DNA of 64,000 nucleotides, from positions 113,347 to 177,346 of the forward strand of contig DATKOZ010000047.1 in NCBI GenBank assembly GCA_035524375.1, given 5' to 3'. This stretch comes from Candidatus Binataceae bacterium (GTDB lineage: Bacteria; Desulfobacterota; Binatia; Binatales; Binataceae). The notes below the pieces were generated by a model. That model worked only from the letters and a program-made list of their open reading frames with translations, had not been told where the DNA came from and did not search any database. Position numbers and translations under genes: made by a program. Position 1 is the first letter of the stretch. Each line of letters starts with the position of its first letter. This document shows positions 48,655 through 57,646 of this stretch, piece by piece.

Positions 48655-49863
48655 TTAAGGTTTGGCGTCGTAGACGTCGGGGCCGAATTCCTTCAATCCT
48701 TTTTGGCCGGCGTAACCCAGAGGTTTCAGGTCGAATAGGACCTCGATGCTCTTAAGCAGCGAGTAGTGATTATACGGCGTCGAATCGGCGGGCGGCCCCG
48801 GCTTGACGAACGGCGACATGATGACTGCTCCGATTCTGCCACCTCCCGGCCCGCCCTGCCCGGGACTTGCGCTATTTGGACCGGGTTTCTCGCCGCAGCA
48901 CGATGCGAAATCTTGCTGATTATCGCCGAGGTCGGCCTCATCGAAGGTGATTATCAGCATTCCATCATCCTGATATGCCGGCGACTTCATGATTTCGGGC
49001 ACCCACTTCTGGAGAAACCGATCGGCTGCCGCTAGTCCGTCCGTTTCACCGGCTGGAGCGCCCGCGCAATGATCGTCGTGGCCGTCGTCGCACAGGTTCG
49101 GCGAAATGAAGGCCAGATTCGGTGTGGTTTTGGCCGACTTCAGATCATTTGTAAGATCTGTCAGCGGAACATCGCTGGCGCAAACCTTCGGGTCGTCGAT
49201 GATCGAATGAAAATAGACGAACGGATTGTGCTTCGCCGCGTATTGATGGCCCGGCACTGCGCCTGAGCTGTCATCCCGATCGCCAATGTGCGGATGCTCG
49301 CATTTGCCGTTGTCATCCAGCATGTTTTTGTAGCCATGCTCCATGCTTTCCATGTAGCCGCGCCAGGTAAGATGCGCATTGTCCAGCTGGTTGGCGACGG
49401 TCTTGACGCTGGCCGGGTACACGCATCCATTGCCTGCTACCTGCCCGTCCGCGTCCGGCGGTGCCGGATCGGCGCGGAAATCGAAATAGACTGAACAATC
49501 GGATTGGGTGTTTGTATCTGGCGCCTGGCCGCTAACCATCGCGATGTAATTGTCCAGGCTGTTGTGTCCAATCGCGTAATATTGATCGAGCAGCTTTCCG
49601 CGTTGCTGCGCGAGGCAATTCAGATATGGCGCCTGCGAAGTTTTGCCGAACGTCGCGTCAAAGCTCTCGTTTTCCAAAACTATTATGAAGACATGCTTGG
49701 GCTGCTTTCCTTCAGGACTATGCGGCTTCGCCGGCGGAGTGTCGGCCAGCAGGCTGGTACAATCCGGGCCGCTCGCATCCGAGCGTTTTACCGGCCCGGC
49801 AATACAAATGAAACAGACTAGAAACAGGAACATGCGCGACACGCGCGAAAACTTCGAATCCAT
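48655..49863 (-). CDS. Secreted phosphoesterase-family protein (AcpA/PlcN-like acid phosphatase/phospholipase C family)
   Basis: Signal peptide. HVFIIVLENESFDATFG (ENxSFD motif) and later GHQYAAKHNPFVYF, typical of PF04185-like phosphoesterases. Confidence 0.7.
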   Translation of the reverse strand: MDSKFSRVSRMFLFLVCFICIAGPVKRSDASGPDCTSLLADTPPAKPHSPEGKQPKHVFIIVLENESFDATFGKTSQAPYLNCLAQQRGKLLDQYYAIGHNSLDNYIAMVSGQAPDTNTQSDCSVYFDFRADPAPPDADGQVAGNGCVYPASVKTVANQLDNAHLTWRGYMESMEHGYKNMLDDNGKCEHPHIGDRDDSSGAVPGHQYAAKHNPFVYFHSIIDDPKVCASDVPLTDLTNDLKSAKTTPNLAFISPNLCDDGHDDHCAGAPAGETDGLAAADRFLQKWVPEIMKSPAYQDDGMLIITFDEADLGDNQQDFASCCGEKPGPNSASPGQGGPGGGRIGAVIMSPFVKPGPPADSTPYNHYSLLKSIEVLFDLKPLGYAGQKGLKEFGPDVYDAKP

Positions 49864-50014
49864 GCTTTCCTCCGGTGGCGATTCAAATTTACCCCGATGA
49901 CAACCCGCGCCTCAAGTTGGCGGTCATCCCGTAGAGGCAGGCCAGTCTGTCGCTATCTAGCCAACTTGGCGGCCCGGTTGTCGGCGTCGTTTGCGCGATG
50001 GTAACCTGCCGCCG

Positions 50015-50698
50015 ATGAAAGCCTGCGTCCTGATGATCACGATGAACGAGGAGGCGGCGATTGCGCCCCAAATCGAGGCGATCAGGAAATCCGCCGGTGC
50101 GGATATCCCGATTGTGATCGTCGATTCCTCGGCCGATCGCACTCCGGAAATTGCCACCAGCCTCGGTGCAAAGGTGATCCGGCAATTTCCACCTCTTGGG
50201 TACGGCAAGGCGATGCTGCTCGGACAGCGCGAGGCCGCCAAAATCGCCGACGCTATCGTGACACTGGACTGCGACATGACCTACCCCGCCGAGCGCATCC
50301 CGGAGTTCATCGGACTAATCGAACAGGGCTACGATTGCGTGTCCGGAAGCAGAATCGCCGCGGCGGGAGAGGCGATGCCGATGCTCAACCAGCTCGGTAA
50401 CCGCGCCTTCGCGATGCTCGTGCGGGTTCTTTTCGGGTTCCCGATCACCGATTTGACGACCGGGATGCGCGCACTGCGGTCGTCGGCGGTCACGAGCATC
50501 GAATGGGTTCCACTGCGTTTTTTTCCAGCCGAGCAGGGGATTCGGTTTCATCAGGCGGGATGCCGCGTGATCGAGAAACCGATCGAGTACCGCATCCGGG
50601 TCGGCGACGTGAAGATGCAGAAGGTACGCGACACAATCCGGCTCCTGAAGGCCATCTATTATTGCTGGCGCGTGCCAGTCCGCCGGGTAGCGGCCTGA
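50015..50698 (+). CDS. GT2-family glycosyltransferase (polyprenol-phosphate sugar synthase-like)
   Basis: VLMITMNEE...IVIVDSSADRT...TLDCDMTYP...GSR (DxD-like DCD) is the GT-A fold pattern. Confidence 0.75.
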   Translation: MKACVLMITMNEEAAIAPQIEAIRKSAGADIPIVIVDSSADRTPEIATSLGAKVIRQFPPLGYGKAMLLGQREAAKIADAIVTLDCDMTYPAERIPEFIGLIEQGYDCVSGSRIAAAGEAMPMLNQLGNRAFAMLVRVLFGFPITDLTTGMRALRSSAVTSIEWVPLRFFPAEQGIRFHQAGCRVIEKPIEYRIRVGDVKMQKVRDTIRLLKAIYYCWRVPVRRVAA

Positions 50699-51495
50699 TG
50701 GGCCAAAGTTCCGCGCGTCCGCCTGAATTGATCATCGTCACCGGCGCGGGCCGGGGGATCGGGCATGCGATCGCTATCGAGATGGCGCGAATCGGTGCCG
50801 CGGTCGTATGCATCTCACGCACCAAAAGCTGCCATAAGACCGCAGCGATGATTCGCGCCCGCGGCGGGACCGCCGATGCGATCGTCGCCGACCTGGCCGA
50901 TTACTCAAAAACAGAGAAAGCGGTTGCGCGATTCCTAAAAGGGCGTCGCGAGCGGCGAATCGGGATTGTGCTCGCGGCGGGATCGCTGGGACCGTCGGGT
51001 CCGTTGTGGAAGACGCCGCTTGCGGACTGGGATGCAGCTTGGCGAACCAACGTGCTCGGAAATCTCGCGGTGGTCAGGGCATGCCTTCCTAAGATACGTG
51101 CGAATCGTTTCGGACGCATCTTGTTCTTTGCCGGCGGCGGTGCCGCCTACGCATATCCGCTCTTCCCGGCCTATGCGATCGCCAAGACCGCGCTCGTTCG
51201 CGAGGTTGAGAATCTGCACGAGGATTTGAAGGATGCCGGCGATTTTGCGGTGGCAATCGTAGCGCCCGGCGCGGTGGAAACCAGAATGCTCGCAGCGGTG
51301 CGGAAAAAGGGCGGAGAAGTTCGTACCACGGTCGGAATCGAAGAGCCGGTCACATTCGCGAGAGTGTTCTTATCCGCGCGGCACTGCGGCTTTTCCGGCC
51401 ACTTTGTCCATGTCCGAGACAACTGGCGTCCGCTGCTTGAGCCGGGCGCGACGCCGTCCAAAAATGAACTATGGAAGCTCAGGCGAATCGAATGA
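50698..51495 (+). CDS. SDR-family oxidoreductase
   Basis: IIVTGAGRGIGHAIA (TGxxxGxG) ...YAYPLFPAYAIAK (YxxxK). The ATG overlaps the GT2 stop (TGATG). Confidence 0.8.
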   Translation: MGQSSARPPELIIVTGAGRGIGHAIAIEMARIGAAVVCISRTKSCHKTAAMIRARGGTADAIVADLADYSKTEKAVARFLKGRRERRIGIVLAAGSLGPSGPLWKTPLADWDAAWRTNVLGNLAVVRACLPKIRANRFGRILFFAGGGAAYAYPLFPAYAIAKTALVREVENLHEDLKDAGDFAVAIVAPGAVETRMLAAVRKKGGEVRTTVGIEEPVTFARVFLSARHCGFSGHFVHVRDNWRPLLEPGATPSKNELWKLRRIE

Positions 51496-52517
51496 CTCGC
51501 ATCGCGGTAATTGGCGCCGGATTGATCGGCCGCGAACGGCTGACGGCGGTAAAACGGCTCATCGCCGAGAATCTGCCGGTTGAGATCGCTGGAATCTTCG
51601 ATGCAAACCGCGCGCTGTGCGAGAAATCCGCGGCGGAATTCGGCGCACCGGCATTCAACAGCATCGACGAACTGCTCGCGACCAATCCCGATCTGGTGAC
51701 GATCGCGCTGCCACACGATACCGCAGTCGACGTAACGCTCGACGTGCTCAAGCGCGGTCATCGGGTGTTGCTCGAAAAGCCGATGGGCCGCGATTTGGGT
51801 GAGGCCCGCCGATTGCTCGAAGCGGGCGGTGAGCGGCTGTCGATTGGATTCAATTATCGCTATTTCGCGGGAATCAGGCGCGCCATACAGGATGCTCGCC
51901 GGGGCGCATTCGGACGCTTGGTCGCGGTCAATTTCATCCTCGGCCACGGATGTAGCCCCGGCCAGGAAAACACTTGGAAGCTCGATCCGATTCGCGCGGG
52001 CGGCGGATGCTTAATCGATCCGGGAGTGCATATCCTCGACCTGTGCCTGCTTCTCGCACCAGAAAAGATCGAGATCGCGGGCGGTACTTCATGGTCTGGA
52101 TTCTGGAAGACCGGCATCGAAGAAGATGTCCAACTTCTAATGCGAACGGCGGATGGAGTTTCATTCTCGGTCCAGATATCGATTGTGCGATGGCGCAGCA
52201 CGTTCAACTTGATCGTACACGGTACTGAGGCATACGGCGAAGTTACCGGTCGAAATCGCAGTTACGGAGCGCAGGCCTATCGACTCGGTCCACGATGGGG
52301 CTGGCAACGCGCAGCCAATCAGGCGGCTTCGGAGACCGTCGTCGTCGAGTCGGACGGGTTGGATGTCTTCGCCGGCGAAATGCGGGCGCTCCTGTTCCCG
52401 GAGTCGGCGCAAGGCGAGGCATGGCCGGGTCCGGCGACGGCGCGTGAGGCCTTCGCCGTGATGGAACTCCTTGATCGCATCCGCGAGGGGCTGAACCTGC
52501 GGCGGAACTATTCCTGA
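51492..52517 (+). CDS. Gfo/Idh/MocA-family NAD(P)-dependent oxidoreductase
   Basis: RIAVIGAGLIGRERL Rossmann motif, ...EKPM... catalytic region. The ATG overlaps the SDR stop (ATGA). Confidence 0.8.
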   Translation: MTRIAVIGAGLIGRERLTAVKRLIAENLPVEIAGIFDANRALCEKSAAEFGAPAFNSIDELLATNPDLVTIALPHDTAVDVTLDVLKRGHRVLLEKPMGRDLGEARRLLEAGGERLSIGFNYRYFAGIRRAIQDARRGAFGRLVAVNFILGHGCSPGQENTWKLDPIRAGGGCLIDPGVHILDLCLLLAPEKIEIAGGTSWSGFWKTGIEEDVQLLMRTADGVSFSVQISIVRWRSTFNLIVHGTEAYGEVTGRNRSYGAQAYRLGPRWGWQRAANQAASETVVVESDGLDVFAGEMRALLFPESAQGEAWPGPATAREAFAVMELLDRIREGLNLRRNYS

Positions 52518-52879
52518 CAAATAGATGGCCCAAAAAGAAGGGCCGAGCTACTTAAACGAACCGTGGTGGGGGGGACCGACGGTTCAAGTAGCCCGGCCAG
52601 GCTTGGGATCGTGCGCTTTATCTCGGGGGAGGAGATTGTTAGCGCACGATTAGGTGTAGCAATACACGTGCCTGATAAAAACCGTAGGAAAACCAAAGCT
52701 GGAATTCGTCGGTTCCTTCTCAATGTGCAATTAGATACACACTGGATGCCCCAAAATGGTGCATATTACAGGGATATGTCACCGTTCGCATTTTGCAAGA
52801 AGAATGCGGTTTGAGCAAGATTTTCGCGGCATCCGCGCAGCCGTCCGGCTGCATGAGCCTAATGCACGTTAGGCGGGCA

Positions 52880-53785
52880 TCACCCGCGCCGAATGAAGTC
52901 GATCACGACTTTGGCAAGCTCCTCGCCCTTGTCCTCCTGCAGGAAATGGCCGCCACCCTTGATCGTCGTATGCGGTTGACCCTTCGCGCCGGGAATTTGC
53001 GCCTGCAAAACCATCTCGCCGCCGCGCGTGATCGGATCCATATCGCTAAACGCCGTTAAAAATGGTTTGGTCCATTTGCTTAGGACTTCCCACGCTTTGC
53101 GGTTTGCCGGCGTGGCGGGATCGTTTGGGGTCGTTGGCACCAAGATGGGAAACTGGCGGGCGCCTTCCTTGTAGCTCTCATCCGGAAACGGCGCATCGTA
53201 AGCGGCAATGACTTCTTCCTTGAGCGGAGTCGCGCACCCGCCCTGGATAATCCGGCCGGTTGGTAAAGTCGGTGTCTCCTGTGAGAATTTCTGCCACATG
53301 GTGAACGCGTCACTGATCTGGGCATCGCCAGTGGGAAGACCGGTATTGGCCGCCACGATACGCGCGAATCGTTCCGGATGTTCGGCGGCAATTCTCAATC
53401 CAATCAACCCGCCCCAATCCTGGCAAACCAGCGTGATGTTGCGCAGATCCAGCCGTTCGAGCACCGCCGCGATCCAATCGACGTGGCGCTGATAGGTGTA
53501 ATCGGTCCGCTTGGATGGTTTGTCCGAACGGCCGAACCCCACCAGATCCGGTGCAACCGCGCGATAGCCGGCGGTCACGATTGGCGGGATCATCTTTCGA
53601 TAGAGAAACGACCACGAGGGTTCGCCATGCATCAGCAGCACGGGTGCGGCGCCCGCCGGCCCTTCGTCAACGTAATGAATCCGCACATCGCCGATTTGCA
53701 CGTAATGCGGCGCGAACGGATATCCGGGCAGGTTGGCAAAGCGGTCGTCGGGGGTTCGTAGGATCTCCATCGCAATATCCTCCAA
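52880..53785 (-). CDS. Haloalkane dehalogenase-type alpha/beta hydrolase
   Basis: [18 protein letters not shown]...[13 protein letters not shown]...VCQDWGG (nucleophile Asp elbow) ...GGHFLQED matches DhaA/DhmA-type signatures. Confidence 0.8.
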   Translation of the reverse strand: MEDIAMEILRTPDDRFANLPGYPFAPHYVQIGDVRIHYVDEGPAGAAPVLLMHGEPSWSFLYRKMIPPIVTAGYRAVAPDLVGFGRSDKPSKRTDYTYQRHVDWIAAVLERLDLRNITLVCQDWGGLIGLRIAAEHPERFARIVAANTGLPTGDAQISDAFTMWQKFSQETPTLPTGRIIQGGCATPLKEEVIAAYDAPFPDESYKEGARQFPILVPTTPNDPATPANRKAWEVLSKWTKPFLTAFSDMDPITRGGEMVLQAQIPGAKGQPHTTIKGGGHFLQEDKGEELAKVVIDFIRRG

Positions 53786-53845
53786 TGTCCTGAGTGAGCC
53801 TCCGCAACCTTACCCGAATGCGGCCAATCCTGCTAAGGTTGAAGG

Positions 53846-54931
53846 ATGCGCGCAGCAGTAATGCGAAAACATAAGCTCGTGGTCGACGACCTTCCAACGC
53901 CGGAACCCGGTCCCGGCGAAGTGCTCGTCAAAACTCTCGCATGCGGAATATGCGGATCCGATCTGCATGCGCTCAAACATGCCGAGAAGCTGGTTGACAG
54001 CGCACGGCGGGCGGGCGCCCGGTTCGTCATGGACCTAAGCCGCGACGTCGTGATGGGCCATGAGTTCTGCGCAGAAGTCCTCGACTTCGGTCCGGGTACC
54101 CAGCGGCATCTGAAGGCGGGCAGCCGGGTTTGCTCGATGCCCGTGCTGGTTCGCGCCGCCGGAATCGATCCGGTCGGATACTCGAACGAAAATCCCGGCG
54201 GCTACGGCGAGTTGATGCGCCTGACCGAAATGATTTTGCTGCAAGTCCCAAACGGGCTATCCACGGAACGCGCCGCGCTAACCGAACCGATGGCGGTCGG
54301 CTATCACGCGGTCCAGAAGGCGCATTTGAAGCCGGACGATTGTCCGCTCGTGATTGGATGCGGCCCCGTGGGACTTGCGGTAATTGCCGCACTCAAGCTG
54401 GCGGGCTGCAGCCCGATTGTCGCCGCCGATTTCTCGCCGCGCCGCCGCGAGCTTGCAACGCTGATGGGCGCCGACGCGGTAATCGATCCAAAGGAAAAAT
54501 CGCCCTATCAGAGCTGGCAGGAACTCGCCGTCTATTCCGATCCCGCAACCGCGCCGCCTCAGATGCCTTGGATGACGGGTCCGCCGGTCCGGCCCGCCGT
54601 GATCTTCGAATGCGTCGGCGTACCCGGCGTCATCGATTCGATAATGGTATCGGCTCCCGGCGGCGCACGCGTGGTCGTAGTGGGCGTATGCATGGAACAC
54701 GATAAGATCGAGCCGTTCTTCGGCATCTCCAAGGAGCTGAACATTCAATTCGTGCTCGGCTACGCGCCCAACGAATTTGCCGCGACGCTGTTCAATATCG
54801 CGGAGGGGAAAATCAACGTCGATCCGCTGATTACCGGCAAGGTCGGAATTGAAGGCGTGGCCAAGGCATTCGACGACCTCGCTTCGCCCGAAACTCACGC
54901 CAAGATTCTGGTCGAACCCTGGCGCCGTTAA
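53846..54931 (+). CDS. Zn-dependent alcohol dehydrogenase (MDR family)
   Basis: LACGICGSDLH (structural/catalytic Zn), GHEF..., and the GCGPVGL Rossmann motif. Confidence 0.85.
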   Translation: MRAAVMRKHKLVVDDLPTPEPGPGEVLVKTLACGICGSDLHALKHAEKLVDSARRAGARFVMDLSRDVVMGHEFCAEVLDFGPGTQRHLKAGSRVCSMPVLVRAAGIDPVGYSNENPGGYGELMRLTEMILLQVPNGLSTERAALTEPMAVGYHAVQKAHLKPDDCPLVIGCGPVGLAVIAALKLAGCSPIVAADFSPRRRELATLMGADAVIDPKEKSPYQSWQELAVYSDPATAPPQMPWMTGPPVRPAVIFECVGVPGVIDSIMVSAPGGARVVVVGVCMEHDKIEPFFGISKELNIQFVLGYAPNEFAATLFNIAEGKINVDPLITGKVGIEGVAKAFDDLASPETHAKILVEPWRR

Positions 54932-55122
54932 TAAGCTAGTCCTTCGACTAATTCCTTACTTGGGGCAACTTTGCATGACCTGCTCGCGCCGCTTGAAGTT
55001 CCCTCTCCCGCCGGGAGAGGGCAATCATGGGCGATGAGCATGCGGCGCAGGGTTTTAACCGGCTGGCCGCTTTGCCACGTTCGCACCGTACTGGGTGAGG
55101 GTGCTGCCTCCCCAATTTCGCG

Positions 55123-56619
55123 ATGAAGCGGCGGCTTAAGAAGGTCCTGATTGCAAATCGCGGCGAGATCGCGCTGCGAATTATTCGCACTGCCCGCCTG
55201 ATGGGTCTGGCCACGGTCGCCGTCTATTCCGAAGCCGACGCGGCATGCGCACATGTGGCCGCCGCCGATGAGGCGCGCCCGATCGGGCCGGCCGAGGCGG
55301 CAAAGAGCTATCTAAACATCGCGGCGATCATCTGTGCGGCACAAACGTCGGGCGCCGATGCGATCCATCCGGGCTACGGGTTTCTTTCCGAGCGGGCCGA
55401 GTTTGCGCAGGCAGCTGCAAAGGCCGGGCTGACTTTTGTCGGGCCGCGGCCCAGCGTGATGGCCGCGCTGGGCGACAAAATTGCCGCCCGCGCGATAGCC
55501 GGCAAAGCCGGCGTACCGATCGTGCCGGGGATCGAAACCGCCGAACCGGCCGCCGCGCGCAAGTTCGCCGCTAAAGCCGGCTTTCCAATCGTCGTAAAGG
55601 CGGCGGCCGGCGGCGGCGGACGCGGGATGCGCGTGGTTGCGGATGCTTGCGCGCTTGACCGCGCAATCGAGGCAGCCGCGCGTGAAGCGACCGCGGCGTT
55701 CGGCGACGGCCGTCTGTTCATCGAGAAATATCTTGCACGCCCCCGCCATGTCGAAATCCAGATTCTGGGTGACGAGTACGGCGGCGCGATCGCGATGGGC
55801 GAGCGCGAATGCTCGATCCAGCGGCGCCATCAGAAGATTATCGAGGAATCGCCTGCTCCCGGATTAACCGATCGAACCCGCGCGAAGATGATCGAAGCGG
55901 CAATTCGAATTGCGCGCGCAGCCGGCTACACCGGAGCGGGCACCGCGGAATTTCTCCTCGACGGCGAGGATTTCTACTTTCTCGAAGTCAACGCGCGCCT
56001 GCAGGTTGAGCATCCCGTCACCGAAATGCGCTTCGAATCCGATCTGGTGCGCGAGCAGTTCCGAATCGCGGCGGGGGAGCACGTCACGGAGCCGCCCGCG
56101 GCTCACGGCGTGGCAATTGAGTGCAGAATCAACGCTGAGGAGCCGGAGCATGGTTTTCGTCCGGCGACCGGGACGGTACTGCATTTGAATGTTCCCGCCG
56201 GCCCGGGCGTGCGCGTCGATTCTCATCTCACACCCGGCTCGGAGGTGACGGCCTATTACGACGGACTGCTCGGCAAGTTCATTTGTTTCGGCAATGATCG
56301 CGAGGAGGCGCGCCGCCGAATGGTTTCCGCGCTTGACGAATTTTCGCTGCTCGGCGTGGCAAACAATGCTGCCTACCTTCGCGACATTATCGCGAGCGAA
56401 CCGTTCCGGAAGGCGGAGCTTTCAACCAACTTCATCGGAGAATTCTTTCCGGACTGGCATCCAAGCGACATGATCGTAAAGGCCGCGCTGATCGCGGCGG
56501 CGGCCGGCCTTAACCGGCCGGCTACTGTTCAATCTTCCACTGGAACCACGATTCGCGCTGGCGGCGGCAATTCGCCGTGGGATCGGATGAAGAATTTCGA
56601 GTTGTGGAGGCCCCGGTGA
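55123..56619 (+). CDS. Biotin carboxylase domain protein of an acyl-CoA carboxylase alpha subunit (frame breaks before the BCCP part)
   Basis: KVLIANRGEIALRIIRTA...GYGFLSE...IEKYL..PRHVEIQILGD...EVNARLQVEHPVTE are canonical ATP-grasp biotin-carboxylase motifs. Ends ...GGNSPWDRMKNFELWRPR* while the BCCP-encoding ORF continues in the +2 frame from 56577. Confidence 0.85.
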   Translation: MKRRLKKVLIANRGEIALRIIRTARLMGLATVAVYSEADAACAHVAAADEARPIGPAEAAKSYLNIAAIICAAQTSGADAIHPGYGFLSERAEFAQAAAKAGLTFVGPRPSVMAALGDKIAARAIAGKAGVPIVPGIETAEPAAARKFAAKAGFPIVVKAAAGGGGRGMRVVADACALDRAIEAAAREATAAFGDGRLFIEKYLARPRHVEIQILGDEYGGAIAMGERECSIQRRHQKIIEESPAPGLTDRTRAKMIEAAIRIARAAGYTGAGTAEFLLDGEDFYFLEVNARLQVEHPVTEMRFESDLVREQFRIAAGEHVTEPPAAHGVAIECRINAEEPEHGFRPATGTVLHLNVPAGPGVRVDSHLTPGSEVTAYYDGLLGKFICFGNDREEARRRMVSALDEFSLLGVANNAAYLRDIIASEPFRKAELSTNFIGEFFPDWHPSDMIVKAALIAAAAGLNRPATVQSSTGTTIRAGGGNSPWDRMKNFELWRPR

Positions 56620-57197
56620 AACTGACGCGCACCGGCGATCCGGGTGAATTCGATATCGAACTTCTCGCGCGCGAGGGCGACAGCGTCCGCATGCGAGTGG
56701 GGGGTGAGGAAATCGAAGCCCGGCTGGCGATGCACGGCGACGGCGTTGGCGTCCTCGCTATCGGTGCGCGGCGGTATCGCGTTGCGACAGTGCGGCGCGG
56801 CGATTCAATTTTTGTCGGCATCGGGCCGGCATCGTTCGAATTCAAGCCGGCGGCGGCTGCAATCGGCGCCGCCACCGCACGGCGCTCGTCACGCGGTCTG
56901 GCGGCATCTGATGTTACCGCCCCGATGCCCGGCAAGGTGCTGAACATATTGGTGAAAGTTGGTGATCGCGTTTCAGCCGGACAACCGCTGGCGGTAATCG
57001 AAGCGATGAAGATGGAAACGACGCTTACCGCGGAGGGAGACGCCATAGTTAAACGCGTATGCGTCCATCCGGGCCAGATGATCGATCACGGTATGATAAT
57101 GATCGAGCTTAGTCCGGCACCCGATTCATCAATTCCTGAATCTGCGTCGCCAGCCCCGAGAGCCATTGCCCGAAGTCGTCGTCGCGCTCGACGATAA
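56577..57197 (+). CDS. BT-like linker + biotinyl (BCCP) domain; probable downstream half of a frameshifted acyl-CoA carboxylase alpha gene
   Basis: Biotinyl domain APMPGKVLNILVKVGDRVSAGQPLAVIEAMKMETTLTAEGDA (AMKM motif), preceded by about 120 aa. No ATG-plus-RBS of its own (the track uses GTG 56577 inside the upstream ORF). Confidence 0.55.
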   Translation: MGSDEEFRVVEAPVKLTRTGDPGEFDIELLAREGDSVRMRVGGEEIEARLAMHGDGVGVLAIGARRYRVATVRRGDSIFVGIGPASFEFKPAAAAIGAATARRSSRGLAASDVTAPMPGKVLNILVKVGDRVSAGQPLAVIEAMKMETTLTAEGDAIVKRVCVHPGQMIDHGMIMIELSPAPDSSIPESASPAPRAIARSRRRARR

Positions 57198-57342
57198 TTT
57201 CGAGCTTTCCGTTCTTGAGAATCGAAACTTGCCCGGGATGGCCGGTGCGCAGCGGGATAACGATTGCTTCGCGCGAAATGCCCATCGGATCGGTGATCGC
57301 GAAAATCTGTTCGATCTCTTTTAATGTGACTGCCTTTAGCAT
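57109..57342 (-). CDS. Hypothetical small protein (77 aa)
   Basis: ORF MLKAVTLKEIEQIFAITDPMGISREAIVIPLRTGHPGQVSILKNGKLEIIVERDDDF.... No known family recognised, and its 3' end overlaps the tail of the BCCP ORF. Weak call. Confidence 0.25.
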   Translation of the reverse strand: MLKAVTLKEIEQIFAITDPMGISREAIVIPLRTGHPGQVSILKNGKLEIIVERDDDFGQWLSGLATQIQELMNRVPD

Positions 57343-57433
57343 GAGCGCAAATCTTCCCGCCGGTTCATTATTTAAGGCCGCTTTGCCATAATCGCAAGCG
57401 GGGTCACGTCTTAATTGGGGAGGTAAATTTCGC

Positions 57434-57637
57434 GTGTACGGAACGATCAAGAAAATCATCAAGGACAAGGGCTTCGGCTTTATCATCCCGGACGATGGGA
57501 CCGATGAGGTATTTTTTCATCGCTCCAAACTTGCGCCGAAGGTTCAGTTTGACGACCTGCGGGAGGGTAACGAAGTCCAGTTCGACGTGAAGCCGGGCGA
57601 GAAAGGTCCGCAGGCGTTCAATTTGCGCCTGCGCTGA
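57434..57637 (+). CDS. cspA: Cold-shock protein (CspA family)
   Basis: GTIKKIIKDKGFGFIIPDDGTDEVFFHRS (RNP1/RNP2 motifs). GTG start after GGGGAGG. Confidence 0.9.
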   Translation: MYGTIKKIIKDKGFGFIIPDDGTDEVFFHRSKLAPKVQFDDLREGNEVQFDVKPGEKGPQAFNLRLR

Positions 57638-57646
57638 GCGGCGATA

